64,000 nt of DNA from Camelus dromedarius (lineage: Eukaryota), in contig NC_087436.1 of assembly GCF_036321535.1 (NCBI RefSeq), positions 79,796,001 through 79,860,000 on the forward strand. Reading direction: 5' to 3'. A model generated the notes under the pieces. It saw nothing but the letters and a program-made list of their open reading frames with translations, was not told the origin of the DNA and did not search any database. Both the position numbers and the translations under genes were made by a program. Positions 1-11,130 of this stretch are shown here, piece after piece (positions within the stretch are counted from its first letter, which is position 1; every line of letters begins with the position of its first letter).

Positions 1-970
1 CTCTGAGGTAAAAAACCTGTCCATAAAGTATTTCACGTTCCCTGCATGTTTAAAACCCACATAACAGACATATTAGACTGAATACTGTGGCAGCAAAGCG
101 TGTTTATGGAAACAACCCAAAGTTGTATAGGAGAGGTGTGGACTGTGGTATGTTGAATACAGGTTTGCTCTAAATTGTTGGTCTCCTCATCAACGGTAGG
201 GGTGGGTGCAGAACTGTGGGTGTTGAGGCCTTTGACTGCTCTTCGGGTCGATTCTAGTTCATCTTGATGGTGCCCTCAAGGTTGACTTTAGTATAAACTA
301 AACTTATTAAAGACCATCTCCTTGAGAGGCAGATCCAGGGTCACTCTTCGGAAATTATTGATGGATTCCAGCTTCCCTGAGAAAGAACTCAATCATTTAG
401 GGAACATAGATTTTATTTACATGATGTACACATACAATAGACACTCACACACTTCCACATTTATACGCACACTTGTCCTTGTAAAGGTACAAATATTATA
501 CACATACACGTGTGTATGAATTCCCATGAGTTTTCAGAAAGATGTTTTAGGAATGTTACATTTTAGGAATAATACATCATTACTTGTCATGCTTTTTCTC
601 TGGATGAATAATGCTTTATTTTCTTAATGTGATCATCGAGGCCTTAGGTCAGTAATGGGCTGCAGACAGAAGCCAGACTTCCTTCTAAGACTTAATTCAC
701 ATCTTTGATTCACAAAGATGTCTCAGACTGCAATGCAGGCCTCTGAAGTAGTCTGGTTCGGGAGAAAATCTAGCTGGGATGAAATGGGAAGCTCCCACTT
801 CATCAAGGCACAATCTGTCCTTTACTATCCTTAAACATCCTGATTGCTAGTTACTCTACTGTGGATCTTACACTTTTCAACATTAATAATTTTGGTGTCA
901 AATTTAATATCATGAAGGCTTTATTAAATGACACAATGGTGAAGACATAGGTGAAGCCAGTCTAAGTACC

Positions 971-1370
971 TGTGTAATTTCCTATGGCTGCTGTAACATT
1001 ACCACAGACTGGGCGGCTTAACACAACAAAAATGCCTTCTCTCACTGTCTGGAGGCTGGGAGTCTGAGATCGAGGTGTCAGCAGTGCTGTGCTCTCTCTG
1101 AAGGCTCTAGAGGAGAGTGTGTTCCATGCCTTTCTCTTAGCATTGGTGCTGCTGGCAATCCACAGGGTGCCTTTGGTGTTGTCCCTGTGTCTGCCTGTCT
1201 TCTCTCATTATGAGGGCACCAGTCATTCTGAATTAAGGGCTCAACCTAGTCCAGTATAACCGCATCTTAACTAATTACATCATCAGTGACCTTGTTTATC
1301 CAAATAAGATCACAGTCTGAGGTTCCAGGAAGGGCATGAGTTTTGGAGGGATGCTATCCAACTCAACTCA
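971..1370 (-). mobile_element. MaLR solo LTR (MLT1B/C-like)
   Basis: TG...CA termini, flanked by a perfect 5-bp TSD GTACC (966-970 and 1371-1375). Contains MLT1 motifs 'ggctgctgtaaca..accacagact..ggctta', 'ctggaggctgggagtctgagatcgaggtgtcagcag' and 'ctgaaggctctagaggaga'. Confidence 0.9.
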
Positions 1371-1509
1371 GTACCTAAGGGGGTATTATGGTCCTTCATT
1401 GAAACACTCCTTAATGCATCAAGTTAATGTAAGAACTTGTTACTTAGAAGAAAATAGGAAAGGTAAATATTGGGTGGAAGCAAGATGAGGAAATTAAAAA
1501 TGTCAAAAA

Positions 1510-1713
1510 CAGTCATGTTCAATGCAGTAGCCACTAGCCACCTGTGACTATTTAAATTTGAATGAATCAAAATTAAAATGAAAACTTCAGTGTCTCAGTC
1601 TCACTAGATACATTTCAGATGCTTGATAGCCACGTATGACTAGGAACTATCCATTGGACAACACAGAAATAGAACATTTCCATCATTCTATGAAGTTCTT
1701 TTGGACAGTTCTG
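1510..1713 (-). mobile_element. MER3 hAT-Charlie MITE
   Basis: 'gtagccactagccac', 'atagaacatttccatcat' and 'gttcttttggacag' match the MER3 consensus as recalled. Confidence 0.85.
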
Positions 1714-2571
1714 GCCTAGAACCCATTGTGCATAAATTCTATGGTGGAGGTTCTCAGGAAAGGTGAAGGTAGGAGAAAGGCCTGGGAGTAACGTTGTAGT
1801 GGAAAGGTAACTCTAAAAGAGTGGGTGAAGGTGAGGCAAAGCATTTATATTATTATATGTTGTGTGAGGGAACTCAACCTCTGGTTATGGCTCTCATATC
1901 TTGACCCTAATATTTTGTCTTGCGGAGAGCAGGTACTCACAAAATATTTGTTGATCCATTGAAGGAAAAGATGAATACTTCAGTCAGGATGGACTGGTGT
2001 TGAGAACGCAGTGTTGTTTAGCAAATACCTGTACGCCGACTTGCGCTTGACGCGTGGGGACACCTGCTTCTCATGCTTTGCTCTTTCACCAGCACCGTCT
2101 GCGCTCTACTCCAACTCACTGGGTTCCCTAGGAGCACAGACTGTCTTCTCTCCCTTTCAAAAAAGCATAGGGTGACATTGTTACTTGTACCCTTTGCACT
2201 TGTGTTGGTTCAACGATTTCCCTTATGACTGTCATTTACGGTGCCTTCCTGTAAAGACACTAGCCACTGCTGTGCACACCTAAAGCTCTGTGGCAAACCC
2301 TTTCCTGACAACCTTTTGTCTCCCTAGAAGATGAGAAGAACAAATTACAGTTGGGTTTGAAAGGGTTATGTAACTTACCTTGCCCCCAGGGTTTTGACAG
2401 CCTCCTGTTGCAGTTCCCCCTGACTGGAGGGTTGATACAGCTCATTTTCCAAGTCTGGATTTACTGTGATCCCTTGTCACAGCTCTGTGATGAGGGAGGA
2501 GGCAAGGGAATTTTCATTAGTGCAGTCAATATTTGTAGTGGCTCTCGGTAGTGATCCGCCAACAGACATAA

Positions 2572-2572
2572 A

Positions 2573-2604
<32 letters not shown>
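2572..2604. repeat. (CA)n microsatellite
   Basis: Directly visible CA run. Confidence 0.95.
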
Positions 2605-3059
2605 TGTGCTGATACATCCCTATCTATTGTCGTCAATATAGAGAGCAGTTATTCTATAAGTTCCAAAGCAAGTTTGGAAGACCTCCCCCTAATTTCTCCT
2701 ATTTTTTTCTCTCAACTCAACTTTGATTGTGATGTAGATACAAAGAGGAAGGAACACTTTTATTTAATATTGCATAACACTGGGGAAACCAATAAGCATA
2801 TTAAGTAAATAAGTCACCAAAAGGCTGTTGCCTTTTGAAAATGTTTTGGACAGTATATCTTGTATTACTTGAATGCAAAGGACTACTATTATACAGTATG
2901 CTGGAAATACTGTGAATGATGAGTAGAATAAAATATTTATCAAATAACTTATCTCAATTTCAAAAGCTAACAAAAGACTTCTAATTCTCTTTTTTTTTTT
3001 TTGGATAATGAAACAAATTTTGCAAATTAAATTCAAAGCACTCAAAATTACATTGACTG

Positions 3060-3270
3060 AAAATGGATTAATTGTTACCTGGTGTCAGAGGTGGGATGGG
3101 AGTTGGTGTTGACTGCAGAGGAGCAGCATGAGGGTAAGGGAACTCTTCTGTGTCTTGATAGTGATGGTGGTTATATGAGTATACATAATTACCAAAATTC
3201 ATCCAACTGTGCACTTAAAATAAATGACTTTTATTATATGTTAATATCTTAATTAAAAAGTTAACATAAA
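3060..3270 (+). mobile_element. Old L1M 3' end fragment
   Basis: 'tgtcttgatagtgatggtggttatatgagtatac..aaaattcatccaactgtgcacttaaaa..ttttattatatg' is typical of L1MB/MC/ME 3' termini. Confidence 0.75.
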
Positions 3271-3579
3271 AATTCACGACATTCAAATTGCAAATCAGAA
3301 TTTACAATGTCTAGAATGAGTTAAGGAATAAAGGCTTTCAAAAATTAAATTATAAAAAAAATTTTACCATAGGGGATTTTTCAAGTCTATAACTAGACTT
3401 GAAATGAGTTTTTCTTATGAAATACTGTTTGGGTAAAATTGACACCATAGCTAGATGGCAGAATTATTAGACCTCTCGGGCACACAGAAGAAGGTTTCCC
3501 TTGCTGGGCCCTGCAGTTGGCTGGGGCCTTTAATGGATTCAGTCCAATGGACTGTTACTGAGCTTGACATGTACACAGT

Positions 3580-3838
3580 AAAAAGCCTCCATGTGACCCA
3601 CTAGCTCTCTTGCTTTCTGCCTCAGCAATCTGGAAGCCACCTGCTGAGACGGCAGCATTGCAAGAACACAGAGCCAGTCTCAGCCAAAGACACTGTGACT
3701 TCCTGGGATGGAACCGCTTTACCAAACTGCATTGGACGTGTAGCATGAGCAAAAAATGAACTTTTGTTATGTGAATGGATTGAGATTCAGGGGTTAAGTT
3801 GTTACTGCAATTTAACATAGCCTGTGCTGACTAGAACA
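3580..3838 (+). mobile_element. MaLR LTR 3' part (MLT1H-K-like)
   Basis: Ends 'tgagattcagggg..ttgttactgcaatttaacatagcctgtgctgactagaaca', a typical old MLT1 3' end. Confidence 0.65.
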
Positions 3839-5833
3839 ATATGTTGCCATGATTTTGAAATCCTCAGAGTTTAATAGTCAGGAGTCATTTAAAGTTTGCC
3901 TCACTGGAGAGTCTGGATTTTGACAAACATACTACTAGTAGGCACTGTTGATAAAGGAGGAATTCAGTTGATGACCTTCTACTTGGTAATTCACATGTGA
4001 GAAGAGAGAGATTGGGCACTAATAAGCCGAGTAGTCATTCCTGTATGTCTTCACCATCTGGGTGTCCTGGGATATTGTGAGAATACCTACTAATACCTTC
4101 ATCAGAGACAGAATTCACCTGGAAACCCTTGACCTCCAGGTTAAAATATATAAGGTATGAGCCTAGTGTTTCCCTAATAACACAGAGCACGTAAGACAGT
4201 GCAGAGAATTTATCAAATGACCTAGGGTTCAAATTGAAGGCTGCTTGTTCGTCCCTTTGTTGCTTTCTGTGCACTCCATGCACCTTACCTCCATCACTAC
4301 TTTGCTACTTTTTACCATTTTTACATCAGATCATTAAAAGATAGGGTCTGGTTTCTCATAAAAGAAATGAATCCTTGGCCCTGTTGAAATTATTGCCTCA
4401 TCTTTTAATCCAGCATTCCTAAGTGTATCAGCTGGTGAAATCTTTTTATCACTGTTCACAACTCCTCATTACTATTAGTAAATATTCAAATGTCTTAAAA
4501 GAATTTATTTTGGAAGGAACACTGGCCTTTGGGGAATATAACTGAAACACCAGTTCAGCAAATTACCAGCAATACAAAGTAAAACCAGTGAAAGAATGTA
4601 TTGATCAGAGAGACAGGAAGAAATATGTAGTGAGTTTTCCTGAAATAGAAGAATGGCAAAGGATAAAGTTAGAGGCAGTCAGGTGGAGAAAAGTACTTTT
4701 CTAATAAGAGAAAAGACAGTTTTGTAGGTTCATGCTGTTGATAGAGAAATAGACTATGTGACTATAATCATTCTCTTTTGGTCTCACAAAGAGAAGCAGG
4801 AAAGGAGATGGAGGGGAAACAGTGTTTTTCTTTTCCACTGAATCCCTTTTTATTTGGGATGAGGCACTGAACACCAATGAAGAAGAAAGCCTGTGCAATT
4901 AAAACTTCATCTTGCTAGAAAAGTTGAAGTCATTGTCTGGAACAAGAGAAAAATTACAAGGCAGAAAGTATGCAGTGAGTTTCCCTTCTGCCCCTCTCCT
5001 ATATCCGAGATACAGGGCAGTCCAGTATATATGTATTTGTTTCTATATTCTTTATTTTCATGAATGATTTTGAAATAAAGAATTGGGATGCATTAGAATT
5101 GATAGCACTCTGGGACTCTTGCTTTAACTCATTCTTCTGGTGTTGCTCTCTATGTAGGGGGTCACCTTCAAGCCAAGCCCCACTAAAACACATTTAGAAC
5201 AATCACCGAGTTAGAGTTTCTCTCCTGCTGCTTAAGTATCATGTTATCAATATTATATACTACTCGGTAATCTGTCTAACCAGCTGTAAATATTTATAAA
5301 TTAGTCTAAAGTTTTATGGATTGTAAGTGTAGCATACTCAGGAGTAAGAGTGAGTTGTGCAGTGGCTGGGAGAACCAGGAGCTTCTTCCTCAAAGTCAAG
5401 GCAAGAGTTTGTTTTTTGTTAATGAATCTACAATTTGTATAACAAAGAAAAAATAAGAAAGCTGTTAGGGCCTGTGTTGTGAAAAGTAGGTAAGAATCTT
5501 CTATAGTGTTGAACAGGTGGAGATGGTGTGGGAGGGGTGGGAAGGTGGGGCAGTGGGGAGGGCATCAGGCATCTGGATGCAGGTGGGAGGGGGGGTGCAG
5601 GAGGGCCTCGTCCTGCAGTATAAGAATACTAGCTGCTGCAAACAAACTACAGCAAAACCAAAACACAAACCAAAAAACCCCAAAACTCACTTTCAATATT
5701 TCATCATAATTTGGGAGAAATATCTGGAAAAGTTTCAGGGTAAGACAAAACTGATTTGGGGTAAATATAAGTAATATCTAAGCTGGAAAAAAAGAATTGA
5801 TATCTTTTAAAGTACACTATCTTCACTGTTTTA

Positions 5834-5958
5834 TTTATTCATTTTTTTTGGTTGGGGGGGCAGGTGATTAGGTTTGTTTATTTGTTTATTTTTAGAGGAG
5901 GTGCTGGGGATTGAATCTACGACCTCATGTGCTCTACCACTTGAGCTATACCCTCCCC
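5834..5958 (-). mobile_element. Camelid tRNA-derived SINE (Vic-1-like)
   Basis: Reverse complement reads GGGGAGGGTATAGCTCAAGTGGTAGAGCACATGAGGTCGTAGATTCAATCCCCAGCACCTCC (A/B boxes), then AAATAAACAAACCTAATCACC and an A-rich tail. Degenerate 13-bp TSD: cttcactgtttta (5821-5833) and cttcatcatttta (5959-5971). Confidence 0.85.
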
Positions 5959-6018
5959 CTTCATCATTTTAGTTAGGTACATTTAGCAAAAGTTATAAAA
6001 GGGTTTCTAGATTTACTT

Positions 6019-6378
6019 TGTTAAATTAATTAAACAAGCGTGCCATTACACTGAGGTGACACTAATGCCTTAGCAGCCTGCATAAGCAAACGCCAAAACC
6101 TCAGCCTGTAAATATCTCAAGGTTGAGAGATGGAAACTTAGGACAACCAATTACAAACAGCCAACTAGACTTTCCAAAAACAGTGCAACCACTTAAACTC
6201 TAGCCAATCAAATAATTTCCTTGCTTTGCTTCCCCCTCTTCTCTATAAAAGTCTTACCTTAAGCTCCTGTTGGTTGAGTGCTTCTAACTACTTCCTGTCT
6301 GGTGCTGCCTGATTTGAATAGATTTTCACTCAAGGAAACTCTTAAATTTTTTAGTATGCCTCAGTTTGTCTTTTAACA
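6019..6378 (+). mobile_element. ERV1-class solo LTR (MER4/MER57-like termini)
   Basis: Inverted termini TGTTAAA...TTTAACA, near-TSD actt/cctt (4 bp), two CCAAT boxes (6147, 6204) and TATAAAA (6244). Confidence 0.8.
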
Positions 6379-7876
6379 CCTTATAACCTCAGTTCCCCAG
6401 CCTGATTTTTCTACGAAGTTCTTAATTTGGTCAGCTGAATTCTCCCAGCAACAGCTTCTCTTAACCCCTGTGTTGGGGGAGAAACACTCTCATTATTCCT
6501 AAATCCATAGAGTAAAATACATGTTTTGAGTTTCAGGAAATTTGTTAAGTCTCATTGGCAGAGTTTTAATTGCATCTCTTGCGTATTGTGTTTCTTCATT
6601 CTACAATTTAATCAGCGTGGGATATAGCAGCTTGTTCTTGGTCTAATAAAAGAAAGGAATGAAGAATGTTGTTCAGGGTCAGAAAACCATGGGGGAGCCT
6701 CTTTAAGCCTTTTTGGCCAACAAATCCGTAGGCAGATTCTTACCCACTTCTTGCTTGCTTCCTGTGCCACGTTTTTTGATCCACATTCTTTCCCTTTACA
6801 AGCTGCTACTACCCATATTTCCAACTGACTACAAAATAGGAGAATTCTCTTCTCTCTCCTTGCCATACTCCACAGTAGGTTTACTGGACTTTTGCATTTG
6901 AAGGATTTGCCTTTAATCACTGTGAAGAAATAGAGGTACAAAAATAACAAAGATGGATGAAAGACAGCATTATCAAACCTTATAAAGCCTTCATAGTGCT
7001 TGTTCCTGGTCTGTAGTCCTTTGCTTGATCCCCTCTGATGCGACTGCAGAAGCATCTGATGCTGGAAGCCTCTTGATGGTCTTCCAAGCCTGCCCATCTA
7101 GGTGGAATGTGAGATCAAGCTGCTTAGTTGTAGCCCTACAGAGATGTGGGCTGGCACCACTCCAGAGCATGGTGAGAGTCTCAGTCCTTTTTAGAATCTG
7201 TGTCCCAGTTTTTCTGCCCACTCAGTTCATCTGCTCTGCCTTGTGCCAGAGGTCCTGGTGGGATTGGCTTCTAATGATCTCAGCCATCCTTGCAGTCCTT
7301 GCCAATGCCTCCTTGCCCGTCCGGGAGATTCCTCTAGCTGAGAAGGCCCTTGTCTGTTGTGTGTCTGTCTTACCTTTAGGAATTCTTTTTCTGCATTTCC
7401 TGCACTGATCCGGAAGTTTCTTGTGCTAAGCTCCCAGAGCATCCTTTTCTTTTGCCTGACTCTGACTCGCCATCACCACAGCAAAGGGTATTGACCAGGT
7501 AGTGTAAACCAAGCATTGAGCTAGACACTTGGTATCAATGTCCTTTGGTTTTTCTTTATATCTAGCAGCTTGTTGGTAAGGCTGATGTTACCTTTAATAT
7601 AAGCAGATTTCTCCATCTACTATTCCAACCAAATATCTGAGCGTTATCTTTAGAATGGTGTGTGATTGTAAAACTGGTTTTATAGCCTTCATGCTTGCCT
7701 TGTCATTTTCTCATTCTTATAGTATTCTATCTCTTAGCAGATTTGTCCCTTTCCTCATTCAAAGACCTCATACATTTTCTTGGACTATTTAATGGATTTT
7801 GCTTCCTAGTTCAAGGAAACTCACCAGTTCATGGGGTCCTCAGAAAAATGCCCTGAACCCACTGAGTGATTTAACT

Positions 7877-8060
7877 CAGTGGTTCTCAGATTTTAATGTG
7901 CATGGGAATCATTTGGAGAGTTCTTGTTACAAAGGCAAAGTCTTGGACTCCATTCTGGTGTTTATAATTAAATAAACCTAGGCCCAAGAATTTGTTTTTG
8001 ACTATTATCCTGGGTGATTCTGATGCAGGTGATATGGAACTGCCCTCTTAGGAAACTGGC
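7877..8060. mobile_element. MER5A/B hAT-Charlie MITE
   Basis: 'cagtggttctca..gaatcatttggagag' and 'ggcccaagaatttg..gggtgattctgatgcagg'. Confidence 0.8.
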
Positions 8061-8389
8061 TTGAACTTCTTGGTTCTAGTTCTCACCTCTGTCCACTGCT
8101 TTGGGCTCTCTAGTGGTCACTGCTTTTGATGCCCCGTTCAGTTCTATTAGGCAGATGAGGTTTATACAACCCAGTGCAAACAGATAAAATCTACTCCAGG
8201 CATAATTTCCACCTGGGAATAGAAGGCTTTCCTTTCTCCCTCTCACAAATATTTTCCAATATACATTCAAAAAGGTGAGTAAAGTATCTGGAGATAAAAT
8301 AATTTTTTTGAATGATTTGCAAGGTACTATTCAAGCCAACAAATAATTAATTTTATTCATATTAAAATATTGAATGTGTACTCATTAAA

Positions 8390-8885
8390 ATTGTTTAATT
8401 ATATACATTATGTAATTCACATACACAAAGTACAAAAGATAATATAAAATAGACGCATAAGAACTCACACTTTTATATTAACACCTTAACATTTTACCAC
8501 ATTTTAACAAATCTTTAATGTCCATGTTTCAAAACTTTTACCACATATGTTCTTATCTGTAAACAATAAATAGTATTGCTTTGATCACTTTTAAATTTTA
8601 TGTAAATATATATATATACACCTTTGTAGATTTTTAAAAGTCAACATTGGTTTTGATATTCATGTTGCTCCATGTAAACCCAATTCAGTTATTTCAGCTT
8701 CTGTGTAGTATTCCCTTTTGTAGACCACAACTTATTATTCTCTTATTGATGATTATTAGGTACTAACCATTTTCTTTAGCTAATAAAAATACCCTTGAAT
8801 CACACAGGCTAGAGTTTCTTTAGGTTATATTACCTAGATGTGACATTGCTATATTATAAGACCTGTGCATTTGTAATTTAAATAG
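8390..8885 (-). mobile_element. Highly decayed L1ME 3' fragment
   Basis: 'catgttgct..ctgtgtagtattcc..ttattattctcttattgatga..agagtttctttagg..tacctag' resembles antisense L1M 3' sequence. Confidence 0.55.
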
Positions 8886-9529
8886 TGTATATTTAAAATA
8901 AAAGCCAAAAGTAATAATCAGACAACTAAATCTTTTTATTTTATTTTATTAAAAATTTACATTTCAACAACCTACTTTTTGATAATCTCTACTTTATACA
9001 ATCATTCTGTCAGAAAACTCTTTTAGTGTTGTAATCAATAGGTATGTATAATTTTTTATTCTATTTTCTCAACGGAATTGCATATAAATATTTAATTCAT
9101 TCAGCACATTCATTCAGTAAGTGCTTAATTAGTGCCTCCCATGGGCCAAGCTAGCTTCTGACAACAGAGAAAGAAATCCTGGACTTCTTAGATCTTTCAT
9201 TATTTTCACATAATCACACAGAGCATAACTTTATCACATTGTAACTAATATTACTTAATATTAATATGCTATCATTTGCTTATTGAACTCTTTAGGGAAT
9301 TGTGTTGGTTTTAGAAATGTCTACATACATGACATCCATGTTAGAGTTAAGAACTGAATTAGACTAACATGATATTATCATGGGGAGTATATGTCTGTGA
9401 TGCTCTGTACAACTATAATGCTTGACTTAAATAGGTCAGAGCTCAGCTATTATCATTAGTAATAGTCCATGCTCCCCTTTTCTTTCCATTCACCCTCTGC
9501 GACTCTCTGGACTCAGATGTGGTAGCATC

Positions 9530-9700
9530 CAGACTGTTAAGAGTAGTAATAAATCTGGACTTTGGAGTAGATCTGAGTACTGGCTCCTTGGCTTGTGAGA
9601 TACATGAACTTGGGCAAATTAATGAATCTCTTTGTGTCTCATTTTTCTCTTCTGTAAAATGGGGGTAATAATACATCCAGCTAATACTTGGAAAAATTCT
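9530..9700 (+). mobile_element. MIR SINE
   Basis: MIR core 'cttgggcaaattaatgaatctctttgtgtctcatttttctcttctgtaaaatgggggtaataata'. Confidence 0.8.
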
Positions 9701-10479
9701 TCAAATAGTGAGTGCTAGCTCTGGTTAAGCAGTAAAGCTCTGGCTTTTAAATGTCAGGTTTCATTTCCTAAAGCAAGTTTCCTGATGGATATACTGGGGG
9801 ATTGAAAAATTTCTCCCTGTGGGAGAAAAATATGACTTTATTTTCCTTGCAAATATGACTGTTTCCTTTGGGCTGAGGTCCATCTGTCTGGGTCAAGCTT
9901 AGAAAGTCTTGGCTCATTGGAAGCTGTTCTGTTCTAGACACACTTCTGTCTGGTGTCTGCCTGAAGCTGTGATTTCTGTGACTCTAGAAAGAAAAGAGGA
10001 GCCCGATAGGTTCCGCACACATGTATACACACGCAAATACACACAGTCCACACCCAGTGCACGCGGGAGAGGGAAAGATGGTTAAAGAAGGGAACTAAGT
10101 CAAGAAGTTATTGTTAGTGCGAATAAATCATCCTTTTGACTATTTGGTCTAATAGTTCAGCAGGTTGTTTCCAAAATGTAAAAATCAATCAATTTCATCA
10201 CTGAGCTGCTTTCACTACATGTAAATACACTGGTTATTTGTTCACACTCCCAGGCCAAATAATCTAACGTGGAAGGAAGTATAAAGTAACAACCGATCTT
10301 AACAAAACCAGCTTCGAGCTCACTTCTCCTTTAGAAGATGACCATTATCACCCATTGCTTCCCTCCCCCTTTTCCTTTCTTCCTGCCCCCTTTCTCTTCT
10401 CTTTACTCTTACATACCAGAAAAACTTCTAGCCGTGGGGAAAATGAACTAATATAAATGCGCCTGCATCTATTTCTTCC

Positions 10480-11130
10480 CATTGCTGTTTGATTTCGATT
10501 CAGACATGAATCACAAACATGGTGCTAGCAAGAGTAAAGGAGCACATTCTGTATGCAGTGGGCTCCTATAAGTCACTGATTAATATAATTAAAAGCCCGA
10601 GTTAATTTCATTACTTTCCATTAGCTTTCATTGTATACCTACCTTCCCAGGACCCGACTACCCATCCCCATGGGACTCTGGTCCCACGTTTATCCAAGTG
10701 AGATGGCTGCTTTCAAAACCGAACCTTTCATCAATCCCCTATTAATTAGCTAAATGCCGCATCGGATTACGCATTCATGGCTGCCGGCTCGGCGGGAGCG
10801 ACCGGAGAGCAGAGCTCACGGTCCTCTTGGCTCGTCCGCCAGCCTGGTCATTGGTATTCCAGGACAAGTCAGCTTACTGTAATTTGAAATTGGTCTGCCG
10901 TCCCATTAGGAATCTGCCCGATCAATACCAAGTGAATTAGAGTTTCAGTGATCTGATTAACTCCCCATTATATTCTACCCTGGCTGATTTAGAATGCACG
11001 ATGAGACAATATTCCAGTTTCTTTGCTTTATCCCAGTTTAAGTGAAATATAGACATCTAAGGAAGCAGTGCCTGTGCATTTGATTTGGCTCGGCTGTAAT
11101 AAAGTCAAACACCATGAGTATCTCCCTCAT
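10480..11130. promoter_or_regulatory. Candidate conserved non-coding element / developmental enhancer
   Basis: Repeat-free, with a local CpG cluster (about 11 CpG in 10755-10840) and dense TAAT/ATTA, TAATTA, GGATTA, ATCAAT and CATTGT motifs. Function is inferred only. Confidence 0.55.

Noticed and set aside
2373..2460. Strong minus-strand splice donor (AAG|GTAAGT) with an upstream open frame
   Set aside because: No convincing polypyrimidine acceptor and no recognisable peptide. Isolated donors occur frequently by chance.
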